Positions 8,401 to 15,944 of a DNA stretch of 32,000 nt are shown piece after piece (positions within the stretch are counted from its first letter, which is position 1; the number at the start of each line of letters is the position of its first letter). The stretch is from Geobacter metallireducens GS-15 (GTDB lineage: Bacteria > Desulfobacterota > Desulfuromonadia > Geobacterales > Geobacteraceae). The stretch spans positions 2,790,001 to 2,822,000 of the forward strand of contig NC_007517.1 of NCBI RefSeq assembly GCF_000012925.1, written 5' to 3'. Position numbers and translations under genes: made by a program. Under the pieces are notes generated by a model. That model searched no databases, was not told where the DNA came from, and saw nothing but the letters and a program-made list of their open reading frames with translations.

Positions 8401-11400
8401 TCGTTGAAATCGGCCTGCATGTCGGCATCGTAGGGGATGGTCAGTTTCACGAGGAAATCCGGCTGGAAGTTCGCAATCGTCAGGGGAGCGCGCCTGCTCC
8501 AGCAGCCGCCGCCGGCGGAGGAGAACCCTTCGTTGACCGGCCGAACCTGGTATGTGTAGCTCGTGCCGCTACAGACGCTTGAATCGGTATAGGAAGTGAC
8601 GCCGGCGCTGACCGAACCGACCTCGCTGAAGGTGGAGCAGCCGGCATCCTGGCACCGTTCGATCTTGAAGGAGGTTTCCGAGAAGGTGGTGTCGGTCCAC
8701 GAAGCCGCCACCTGGGTGCTTGAGGGCGTGGTGAGGGTCAGGCCCGTCGGAAGCGGGACCGTGGTGGCAACCTCCTGCTCGGCGCTGTAGGGGGTATCCC
8801 AACCGCACCCGCCCCCCTTGTAGGCCCGCACGCGGTAGCGGTAGGTCGTGTTGGGAAGGCGTCCGTAGTCGGTGTAGCTCGTCACGTTGGCGGCGACCGT
8901 CGCGATCTGGCTGAACGTCGTACAGCCGGTGCCGGTGCACCGCTCGATCTTGAAGCCGGTTTCGTCGCTGGTGTTGTCGGCCCAGCCAAGGACGACGGAT
9001 ACCTCGGACTGGGCAGTGGCCGTGAAGGCCGATGGTGCCTGGGGATCGGAGAGGGTGGCGGGAACCGCGGCGGTATAGGTTGCAGGCCAGCCGGTGACCC
9101 ACGGTTTGATGGACTTCACCCGGTACATGTACGTTCCGGCGCAGGCGGTGGTATCGCTGTAAGTTACGGTAGCAGTGGCATTCTGGGGAATGGTCACCGG
9201 GAAGCCGCTGTCAAGGGTGGTGAAGTCGCAGTTGAGCCCCTCACACCGCTCGATCTGGAATCCGTCCTCGTTGGTGGTGGTATCGGTCCAGGAAAGGTCC
9301 ACGCGGGTGCCGCTCACCGCCGTCACCAGGCCGGCCGGTGGCGCGGGGGTCGAGGTGCTCTTGCAGACCACGTCGGAATATGCCGAATCCCCCGTGGGGA
9401 TCAGCGTCTTTATCCGGTAGCAGTAAGTCTGGGCAGCATCCACCCCCCGGTCCACATAGGATGTCGTATTGGCAGCGGACGTGTCGATCTGGACGAAGTT
9501 GCTGCATCCGGCGCCGGTGCAGCGCTCGATGCCGAAGCCGGTTTCCGACCCGGAGTTGTCGCTCCAGGCGAGCGTTATCCGGTCCACTGCAAGGGGCGTC
9601 GTGTCAAGCAGCGGGAGGACTGCCTGGTAGTTGCTGAGCGCCGCCGCCCCCGTGGCCGTATGGTTGACGGTAAGGGGGATGCGGACGGCAAACGTTGCAC
9701 CGCCGAGGGTAAAGGGGCCATACTCCTTCGTGCCAGCGGTGGCGGTCGGGGCAACGGCAGCAAGCTTTCGCACCAGAACCCAGTACCAGTCGGTCTGGTA
9801 TGCCTGGCCGCCGTAATAGTCCCCGTAATAGGTCAGGCCAAGACCGAGAGGCTTATTGTTGATGGAATAGCTCTTGGACATTGGACTTATGTACCACGCG
9901 CCGGTGTCCCAGTTGTACCCCTGGATCGTCGTAGTGGCGCCATCGGTGCTGTATATTGAATAGCCCATGTTGTTGGCCGGCACCGAGGTGGTGGTCACGG
10001 CGGTAATCCATTCGCCGTATAGGTTATACCCGCCGTGGCTGGGCCCCACCGAGATGCCGAAGTAGTCGTAGGTCCCGTTGTAGACACCGCCCACCATGTG
10101 GGTGTTGGCAGCCAGGGTCGTCGTCTTGACTTTGAAGGTGGCGAGCATGCCGTTAAGCATCTTGAACGTTGACACCAGCCTTCCGCTGCTGTTGTTCCCC
10201 CGCAGGGTCCCGTTCTGGACAGTGAAGTTACCGGCGCTCCCAAGGGTCTGGGTCCACTTGGCGCCGTTGATGGCAGTGTCGGTGAAGTCGTCGAAGAACT
10301 CGAAGGTGGCATCGCCGTTGTCAACGGAGGGCGCAGTGGTGTTGCCGTAGTAGTAGTAGAGGGTCTTGGTCCCCACGGGGATGGAGGAGACTTTCTGCCA
10401 GATTCTGGTGCCTGTGGTGTTGCACTGGAGTTGCTGCACCCACTGGCTGAGAAGCGTCCCGTCACTCTCGGTGGCGCGGATATCCTCGCAGCCGGTCGTA
10501 ACGGCGGGGCTGACGGCAAAGGCCGCCGGCGGCAGGACCGTCGTCTGGGCGGTGGAGGTGACGCTCTCCAGCTCCCAGCCGCAGGATGCCGTCTTGAAGG
10601 CCGCGACCTTGTACGTGTAGCTGGTGCCGGGGGTCAAGCCGGTGTCCTTGAACGATGTGGTATTTGCGGGAAGATCGCTGCCGACCTTGCTGAAGACGGA
10701 ACACCCTGCGCCCGCACAGCGGTAAATCCGGAACCCGGTTTCATCACTGGTGGTGTCGGTCCATGCCAGATCGATCTGGACCTCAGTGCCACGGCTTGCC
10801 GTAAACCCAGAAGGGGGCATGGGGGTTGGCGTTGTCACGCTACGGGTATTACTTGCTAGCCCGTCCCACATGATGGGGAAGGTACCGCCGAAAACCGCTT
10901 CCTCCCCGAGTGTCACTGTGGGCTCCGGGGCTGCGAACTTGCGAACCCGCGCGTTGTCGAGCTTGAATACCTGGTTGTAGTTGGCGAAGCCCACCTTGAA
11001 TGATGGAGCCGTGCTGTAAGTGCTCGCATAGAAGGAGGTGGCGTCGCTGGAGCTGGTGCCGTGATAGTAGTTGGCCCCCGTAGTCGGCAAGACTTCGAAC
11101 CGGAAGTATTGCCACACATCCGAAGAGATCGCCTTCTTGTTGTCCCCGCGGCTGTTTCCATCCTCGTAGACCGCCAGGCGGTTCCCGCCGCCGTCATAGA
11201 TCGGGTAGGCCGCATAGGCGAAATCGGTGTAGCTGACGTCGGCGGTGGTCGACTTGATACCGGGCATCATATATTGGCCGCCCGAGCGGTAGTGGTTCAC
11301 CTCGAAGACAAAGGGACGGCTGAAGTTCGCAACGGAGTACATCCCCGTGGACCAGCTGCCTGGGCCGCCGCTCGACAGGAACTCGCCGCCGGTTTGTGAG

Positions 11401-14400
11401 TAATAGGCGCCCGACGTGGTCCACTTTGAGGTGTCTATGGCAGCGGAAGCAAAGCCGTCGAAGAGCTCGAATACCAGCGGACCGTTGCCGGCACCCGTGG
11501 CGCCCCCATTACCGTAATACAGGGAAATCGTATTGAACCCGCCGGTTTTGATCCAGAATGTGGCGGTCGTGCTGTTGGTCCTGCTCTCGATCCAGTAGGG
11601 AATCTCCCTTTGGGTCGTCTCGTCGTAGAAACGGATGTCGGTAAAATCGGCCTTCATGTCGGCATCGTAGGGGATGACGACTTTTGTCTGGAAGTAAGGC
11701 TGGAAATTGGCGATGGCGAGGGGAACCTTCCGGCTCCAGGTGCCGCCGTTGCCACGGGAAAGGCCCTGGTTTACGGCGCGGACCCGGTAGGTATAGGTGG
11801 TCGAATTGCAGGCTGATGCATCTGAAACGCTTGTCGCGCTGGGGGCGGTGAGGACGACGACGCTGTAATCCTGTTCGGCACAGGTCGTGCCAAGGCAGCG
11901 CTCGACATTGTAGCCGGTTTCGGATCCGGCCGTATCGGTCCAGGCAAGGCTTACGGTGGTGGTGTCCGCCGCCGTGGCTGAGGTCAGGCTTGGGGCTGCG
12001 GAGGTTGTGGTTGCCTCGGCGACGCCGCTGTAGGGGCCGTTCCAGCCGGCAGCCGACGTCTTGTACGCCCGAATCTGGTAGCGATAGAGCGTGTCCGGCT
12101 GTACCGCCACGATGTCGCTGTAGGAGGTGGCGCTGGCGGCAACCGTATCGATCTGGGTGAAGGTGCTGCATCCCGATCCGGTGCAGCGTTCGATTTTGAA
12201 ACCGCTCTCGTCGTTATTCGAGTCGCTCCAGGCGAGGTCGATCTGCCCCTCGCTCCCCCTGGTGGCGGTCAGGCCCGTGGGGGCCGTGGGGGTCGGCGTC
12301 GTGGCACTGGCGGGCGTGGAGAACTGGGACTGCCAGTCAGCGGTCTTGTAGGAAAGAACCTTGTAGGTGTAGGTGGTGGCGGCGGTGACGCCAGTGTCGC
12401 TGTAGGTGGTGACGTTGGACGCGACGGAGCCGATCTCCGCGTAATCCGCGGCACTGCAGGACACAGTGCTCCCGGTGCAGCGGAAGATGCGGAAACCGGT
12501 CTCGCCGGTGGTGTTGTCCTGCCAGGTGAGATTGACGGTGGTGGTGTTGGCGGCAACGGGGGTCACGACGCTGGGGGGCGGCGGGCTGGTAAGCACGATA
12601 TCGCGCTCGATCCAGCGCTGATCCGGCTGCCCGCTCTTGAATGGCCGGACGCGGTAGCAGTACTCTTCGCCGACGTTGAGCCCCGTATCCGAGTAGGCGG
12701 TCGTATTGGCGGCAGTGGTAGTGAGCAGCTGCCAGGGGTTGGATGAAGTGCAGTTCCCCACCTGCCGCTCGATGGTGAACCCGTCCTCGCCGGTGGAGGT
12801 ATCGGTCCAGGCGAGATCGGCCTTTGTGTAGAAGGGAGAGGCGGTAAAGGGGGAGCTCGCCTGCAGCGGCGTGCCGTCTCCCTTGAAAACGAGGTAATCG
12901 GCGTTTCCCGTAGCGTTGGTGGTATACCCCGCCACCAGGGTCTCGCCCAGGGAGTTGACCGTCACCGCCAGGGCCTGGTCGTAGCCGTTGGCAGCGCCGT
13001 TGTAGATGGTGGCGGCGAGGAGGTTTCCCGCGTAGTCGAATTTCACCGCCATGGCATCGGTGGTCAATCCGCTGGCAGGCCCCGTATAGCCGACGACACT
13101 AACGTTGCCGCTGACATCCATGGCCATGGCGGTTGCATAGTCATCGCTCGAGGGGCGGAGGTGGACCTTCTGCCAGACCACGTTTCCGGCGCTGCTGTAG
13201 CGGATGATGATGAAGTCGTGGTCGCCGGTTCCCGTGAGGGTCGTGCCGGCCACCACCACGGTGTCGTCGATCAGGTCGTATTTGACCGTGATCCCCTTGT
13301 CGTCGGCATTGGGGTTGCCTGCGGTAGTTCCGTCGTAGCTCTTCTGCCAGATGACCCGGCTGGCGGTGGGCACCGCCTTTCCGTCATACTTGACGAGGAT
13401 GATGTCGTCGTTGCCCGCGGCGTTGCGGGTGCTGCCGGTGACGTAGACGTTACCCACCGCGTCCACGGCCAGGCTCTGGCCATAGTCGTCGCCGTGGCCG
13501 GCGCCGTCGAGGATGTGGTCCCAGATTTTGACGCCGGTGGCGCCGTTGTATTTGGCGGTGTAGATGTCGTAGTTGATGCCGTTGTGACGGTAGCCGGTAA
13601 TGACGATGTTCCCGTCCTTGTCAAAGGCAACGGCCGAGGGATAGTCGTTGCCGCCGCCGTCGTAGGGGGTGGCCGACCAGGCGGGTATCGCCTTGCCGAA
13701 GCCGTCCAGGGGCGGGGTGGCGGCATACTTGAGCAGGTAGATGTCGTCATTGTTGGCGGCGTTCTTGCCGTACCCCACCACCGCCACGTTGTTGGAGCCG
13801 TCGACGGCGGTGGCGATGGCCCGCGCCCGGTCGTCGATGCCGCCGGGACCGTTGTACTGCCCTTCCCAGAGGGGAATCCCCCCGGCAGCGGGATACTTGA
13901 GCGTGAAGACGGAATTGATGTTCCTGGCCGCCGGGGCGTAATAGAGAGAGGAGTAGCCGGTCACGATGGCGGTGTTGCTTCCGTCCACAACCACGCTCTT
14001 GGCGATGTCGAGCTCGCTGTCCACATCGTTATAGCGCTCTGACCAGAGGAGTGCTCCGGTTGTATGGTCGAGCTTGACCGTGTAGTAGTCGAAACCGGTC
14101 AAGGTGGCCAGGCTGTAGCCCGTAACCACGGGGTTATTGTCGGGCCCCACGGCGATCGCTTCCGCGTAGTCCTCGCTGTTGTCGCTGCTGTTGAAGACGT
14201 AGTTCCAGGTAGGCGCGAGATAGTTCACATACAGGGTGATGACGCTGATCTCGTCAGAGGGGTTTGAGCTGCCGTTCAGGGCGTTGTAGGAACGGACCCG
14301 GTAGTAGTAGGTGCTGTTGGCCGTGAGCCCCGTGTCGGTGAAGGTGGTCACGTTGGCCCCCACCGTGCCGACCTCGGCCCAGATCCCCTCGCTGGTGAGC

Positions 14401-15944
14401 TTGCGCTCGATGCGGAAGCCGTCCTCGTTGGTGGAGTTGTCGGTCCAGTCGACCTTGACGGACGTGTTGGAGAGGACCGTCGCGGTCAGGTTGCCCGGCG
14501 AATTCAGGCTCCCGGCGTCCAATACCACCTGCCAGTAGTCGTAGTCCGATGCGCCGGCGGTCCAGACATCGGACCATCCCCCAACAACCACCACGAACTC
14601 GTTGTCCGTGGTCTTGATGCCGAGCCCCACCGCCTTGTCGCTCTTACCTGCCGTCCCGTTGAAGGCCGTGTGCCAGAGCTCGCCGGCACTGGCGGCTCCG
14701 TTCTGGTACTTGATGCAGAGCATGTCGGTGGTGCCGGCACCCGTGAGGGTGTAGCCGCCCACATAGACGTTACCGCCGGCATCCAAGACGATGTCGGTGC
14801 CGAAGTCGTGCCCCCCTCCCCCCGAATCGTAGAGCTTGTCCCACGCCTTCGTGCCGTTGGTCGAATCATACCGGATGACGACGAGATCCTCGTTCCCGGT
14901 GAGGGTGGTGGCATACCCCGTCACATAGACGTTTCCCCCTCCGTCCAGCGCAAGGGCGGTCGGCTCGTCGTCCATGTTGGTCGGTCCGTTGTAGGTAGCG
15001 CTCCAGAGCAAGGCGCCATTGGTCCCGTTGTACTTTGCCGTGTAGATGTCGACGTTGGTGCCGTTATTGACCGAGGCGGCAACGACAACGTTCCCCGAGC
15101 CGTCCACCCTCACCTTCCGTCCCGCGTCGGCATTGGTGCCTGCCGAGCTGTCGCGGTTTTCCCAGAGCTTGGTGCCGGCGTAGTCGTACTTGATGGTGAG
15201 AACGTCGAAATCGGTGCCGTTCCACGACTGCCCCGTCACCGCCACTCCCCCCGGCCCCGTGGCTATCGCCGCCAGCTTGTCCGTGCCGTTGGCTGTTCCG
15301 TTCCAGGTGGCGATCCAGAGGGGGGTACCGTCGGGGTTCGGTCCGTTCACGCCGAACTTCAGGACGATGTAGTCCTCGTTGCCGGACGCGTTCTGCACAG
15401 AGCCGCCCACATAGACGTTGTTGAGCCCATCAACGGCGATGGCCGTGCCGATGTCGTTGCCGCCGGCCGGAGCGTTATAGGTATTCTCCCAGAGCTTTGC
15501 ACCGTCGCTTCCCCGGTACTTGACCGTGTAGATGTCAAAGTTGCTGCCGTTCCAGGCAAAGCCGGTGACGATGGCGTCATTGTTGGAGTCCACGGCGATG
15601 GCAGTGGCTTGGTCGGAGCCCCCCGCCCGGTTGTAGGAGGCGCGCCACGCTACCGTGCCGTCGGGATTGAACTTCACGGTCCAGTAGTCGTCATCGGTCA
15701 GGCCCGCAAGGTTACGGTAGCCGGTAACGATGAGCCGTCCGTCACCATCCACTACCGACGCCTTTGCCTCCTGCTTCCCCGCCTGGGGGGTGTCACCCGC
15801 ATCCCGGAGCTTGTCGCCGCCTGCGCCGAAAACCGGTACCGCCATGGACGCCACAAAGAACAGCAGCAAAGCCAACCGTGAAATAGCACCGGCTGCCGTG
15901 CCACGAACCAATTGTCTTAACGCATATATCATCGCAATCACCAT
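5421..15944 (-). CDS. giant secreted/cell-surface protein (~3,500 aa): 2 SBBP beta-propellers, 14 FN3 domains, 4 DUF2341 + ConA/LamG-like modules
   Basis: Uninterrupted ORF. The track start at 16181 overlaps the cytochrome gene. Plausible starts are ATG 15944 (overlapping the cytochrome stop) or ATG 15932 (GGTGA 5 nt upstream). Signal peptide: ..LRQLVRGTAAGAISRLALLLFFVASMAVPVFGAGG. Domain motifs are listed in the findings. Stop is TAG at 5421-5423. Confidence 0.9.
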   Translation of the reverse strand: MVIAMIYALRQLVRGTAAGAISRLALLLFFVASMAVPVFGAGGDKLRDAGDTPQAGKQEAKASVVDGDGRLIVTGYRNLAGLTDDDYWTVKFNPDGTVAWRASYNRAGGSDQATAIAVDSNNDAIVTGFAWNGSNFDIYTVKYRGSDGAKLWENTYNAPAGGNDIGTAIAVDGLNNVYVGGSVQNASGNEDYIVLKFGVNGPNPDGTPLWIATWNGTANGTDKLAAIATGPGGVAVTGQSWNGTDFDVLTIKYDYAGTKLWENRDSSAGTNADAGRKVRVDGSGNVVVAASVNNGTNVDIYTAKYNGTNGALLWSATYNGPTNMDDEPTALALDGGGNVYVTGYATTLTGNEDLVVIRYDSTNGTKAWDKLYDSGGGGHDFGTDIVLDAGGNVYVGGYTLTGAGTTDMLCIKYQNGAASAGELWHTAFNGTAGKSDKAVGLGIKTTDNEFVVVVGGWSDVWTAGASDYDYWQVVLDAGSLNSPGNLTATVLSNTSVKVDWTDNSTNEDGFRIERKLTSEGIWAEVGTVGANVTTFTDTGLTANSTYYYRVRSYNALNGSSNPSDEISVITLYVNYLAPTWNYVFNSSDNSEDYAEAIAVGPDNNPVVTGYSLATLTGFDYYTVKLDHTTGALLWSERYNDVDSELDIAKSVVVDGSNTAIVTGYSSLYYAPAARNINSVFTLKYPAAGGIPLWEGQYNGPGGIDDRARAIATAVDGSNNVAVVGYGKNAANNDDIYLLKYAATPPLDGFGKAIPAWSATPYDGGGNDYPSAVAFDKDGNIVITGYRHNGINYDIYTAKYNGATGVKIWDHILDGAGHGDDYGQSLAVDAVGNVYVTGSTRNAAGNDDIILVKYDGKAVPTASRVIWQKSYDGTTAGNPNADDKGITVKYDLIDDTVVVAGTTLTGTGDHDFIIIRYSSAGNVVWQKVHLRPSSDDYATAMAMDVSGNVSVVGYTGPASGLTTDAMAVKFDYAGNLLAATIYNGAANGYDQALAVTVNSLGETLVAGYTTNATGNADYLVFKGDGTPLQASSPFTASPFYTKADLAWTDTSTGEDGFTIERQVGNCTSSNPWQLLTTTAANTTAYSDTGLNVGEEYCYRVRPFKSGQPDQRWIERDIVLTSPPPPSVVTPVAANTTTVNLTWQDNTTGETGFRIFRCTGSTVSCSAADYAEIGSVASNVTTYSDTGVTAATTYTYKVLSYKTADWQSQFSTPASATTPTPTAPTGLTATRGSEGQIDLAWSDSNNDESGFKIERCTGSGCSTFTQIDTVAASATSYSDIVAVQPDTLYRYQIRAYKTSAAGWNGPYSGVAEATTTSAAPSLTSATAADTTTVSLAWTDTAGSETGYNVERCLGTTCAEQDYSVVVLTAPSATSVSDASACNSTTYTYRVRAVNQGLSRGNGGTWSRKVPLAIANFQPYFQTKVVIPYDADMKADFTDIRFYDETTQREIPYWIESRTNSTTATFWIKTGGFNTISLYYGNGGATGAGNGPLVFELFDGFASAAIDTSKWTTSGAYYSQTGGEFLSSGGPGSWSTGMYSVANFSRPFVFEVNHYRSGGQYMMPGIKSTTADVSYTDFAYAAYPIYDGGGNRLAVYEDGNSRGDNKKAISSDVWQYFRFEVLPTTGANYYHGTSSSDATSFYASTYSTAPSFKVGFANYNQVFKLDNARVRKFAAPEPTVTLGEEAVFGGTFPIMWDGLASNTRSVTTPTPMPPSGFTASRGTEVQIDLAWTDTTSDETGFRIYRCAGAGCSVFSKVGSDLPANTTSFKDTGLTPGTSYTYKVAAFKTASCGWELESVTSTAQTTVLPPAAFAVSPAVTTGCEDIRATESDGTLLSQWVQQLQCNTTGTRIWQKVSSIPVGTKTLYYYYGNTTAPSVDNGDATFEFFDDFTDTAINGAKWTQTLGSAGNFTVQNGTLRGNNSSGRLVSTFKMLNGMLATFKVKTTTLAANTHMVGGVYNGTYDYFGISVGPSHGGYNLYGEWITAVTTTSVPANNMGYSIYSTDGATTTIQGYNWDTGAWYISPMSKSYSINNKPLGLGLTYYGDYYGGQAYQTDWYWVLVRKLAAVAPTATAGTKEYGPFTLGGATFAVRIPLTVNHTATGAAALSNYQAVLPLLDTTPLAVDRITLAWSDNSGSETGFGIERCTGAGCSNFVQIDTSAANTTSYVDRGVDAAQTYCYRIKTLIPTGDSAYSDVVCKSTSTPAPPAGLVTAVSGTRVDLSWTDTTTNEDGFQIERCEGLNCDFTTLDSGFPVTIPQNATATVTYSDTTACAGTYMYRVKSIKPWVTGWPATYTAAVPATLSDPQAPSAFTATAQSEVSVVLGWADNTSDETGFKIERCTGTGCTTFSQIATVAANVTSYTDYGRLPNTTYRYRVRAYKGGGCGWDTPYSAEQEVATTVPLPTGLTLTTPSSTQVAASWTDTTFSETSFKIERCQDAGCSTFSEVGSVSAGVTSYTDSSVCSGTSYTYQVRPVNEGFSSAGGGCWSRRAPLTIANFQPDFLVKLTIPYDADMQADFNDLRFIDQGTGGELPYWIESKTNGATATLWLKTGKTASIYLYYGNPSALAVGSQSGVFGSGLMAYFPFNENAGTTTGTTKDFSGAGNDLTMNGFSAPYGVVSGGPYGNALSLNGGGAWANRAAPNVPTGSVATVEAWIYPKVYADASYNGIVSWSSRGCNGLGFALSIQNSGRPSMPTWCNDYVPGSGATATLNAWNHVAAVLNGQSATLYVNGQQVGATTLPYLPNLSSVNLAVGVLDYPGRYFNGLIDEVRIYNRALTAQEITSRYAAAIPTVSLGAEEQAGGCYTSDWLYTGQPSATKSITTPTIAAPTGFSATRGSESQINLTWTDASNDETNFVIERCSGATCDFSGADTIELPAGPTSYNDVGLLPDTTYRYRLHAKRTASCTSYSAYNTNGIVSASTTVLAPTSLTASASSSTSVTLRWTDNSPSDTGFRIERCMGNPCSNFSLVGYSPGHATSYEDTGVCPGTAYTYQIKAVNVGLSSGGGGSWTRRKPITIANFQPNFQTKMTVAYDAGMKADFSDIRFFDPATNQELPYWIEKKTDSSTATVWVKTRTSSTIHLYYGNPNAESIASGALVFDFFDDFTDNAIDTTKWTVTDGTGFSVSGGYLHGTNVTGRLTSKTSYSPGVILDIKAKTTSFAIDGQIIGGFSAGSYNNVGWLEHPAYVHFINNNSYTAKGGTPTTTANMLYSMAVIDASWVNMQATNFDTGVLYWNAGNVNNGVAAEPIVLGRRYDTDASNDQPYATDWDWIRVRKYAATEPSATVGAEEQSAGYTFTAGYTGPASATATATTPAPVAPGVLTVTPATDTSLLLGWGDPIPDETRFVIYGCNNGDCSSATQIATVAGGTAIYTHPGLTPSIQYCYRVKAEKTAACTTGWEALYTNIACGTAISAQPQTLTATPLNAFTIRLNWADMASDEEGYEIEVKAWNDKWVKTATVGANVTTYVDAIGIEPLKSYTYRVRAYRGSDKSPYSNTASATTQAYVPGDSNCK
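6132..6932 (-). repeat. DUF2341 + ConA-like module 4
   Basis: WTRRKPITIANFQPNFQTKMTVAYDAGMKADFSDIRFFDPATNQELPYWIEKKTDSSTATVWVKTRTSSTIHLYYGN, then LVFDFFDDFTDNAIDTTKWTV...TDWDWIRVRKY. Confidence 0.7.
7602..8504 (-). repeat. DUF2341 + Laminin_G_3 (LamG) module 3
   Basis: WSRRAPLTIANFQPDFLVKLTIPYDADMQADFNDLRFIDQGTGGELPYWIESKTNGATATLWLKTGKTASIYLYYGN, then a classical LamG_3 signature ..LMAYFPFNENAG..ALSLNGGG..TVEAWIYP..WNHVAAVLNGQSATLYVNGQQVG..YFNGLIDEVRIYNRALTAQEI. Confidence 0.75.
9762..10499 (-). repeat. degenerate DUF2341-like + ConA-like module 2
   Basis: CEDIRATESDGTLLSQWVQQ..TRIWQKVSSIPVGTKTLYYYYGN, then ATFEFFDDFTDTAINGAKWTQ...TDWYWVLVRKL. The N-terminal half of DUF2341 is missing. Confidence 0.55.
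10917..11732 (-). repeat. DUF2341 + ConA-like lectin/glucanase-fold module 1
   Basis: WSRKVPLAIANFQPYFQTKVVIPYDADMKADFTDIRFYDETTQREIPYWIESRTNSTTATFWIKTGGFNTISLYYGN, then LVFELFDGF..IDTSKW...LDNARVRKF. Confidence 0.7.
12882..14219 (-). repeat. intragenic repeat block: second SBBP-type beta-propeller (7-8 blades)
   Basis: DYYTVKLDHTTGALLW, VFTLKYPAAGGIPLW, DIYLLKYAATPP, DIYTAKYNGATGVKIW, DIILVKYDGKAV..VIW, DFIIIRYSSAGNVVW, DAMAVKFDYAGNLL. Confidence 0.7.
14532..15764 (-). repeat. intragenic repeat block: seven SBBP-type beta-propeller blades (propeller 1)
   Basis: Seven recurrences of D-(Y/I/V/L/M)-x-(V/I/T/C)-(V/L/I/A)-(K/R)-(Y/F)-...-G-...-W, each followed by a D..GN.YV.G strand. Examples: DYWTVKFNPDGTVAW, DIYTVKYRGSDGAKLW, DVLTIKYDYAGTKLW, DIYTAKYNGTNGALLW, DLVVIRYDSTNGTKAW. 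Confidence 0.7.

Noticed and set aside
5841-15881. Long + strand ORFs inside the giant gene (e.g. 5841-7118, 7263-7967, 13161-14042, 14670-15881)
   Set aside because: They are antisense to a 10.5-kb ORF that has clear domain content. Their translations are low-complexity and rich in G/R/V/A/D/P, as expected for shadow frames in GC-rich DNA. They have no SD sequences or recognisable motifs.
5421-15944. Periodic repeats that might suggest a CRISPR array or tandem satellite
   Set aside because: The periodicity is at the protein-domain level (FN3 about 90 aa, SBBP blades about 55-60 aa, DUF2341 cassettes). It has diverged DNA sequence within one continuous ORF, with no short identical repeats separated by unique spacers.
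5421-15944. Very frequent N-x-S/T sequons (e.g. ANVTTY, NTTSY in every FN3) as evidence for N-glycosylation
   Set aside because: The N-x-T-(S/T)-Y-x-D string is part of the bacterial FN3 consensus strand itself. No oligosaccharyltransferase is in the window, so this cannot be supported from sequence alone.
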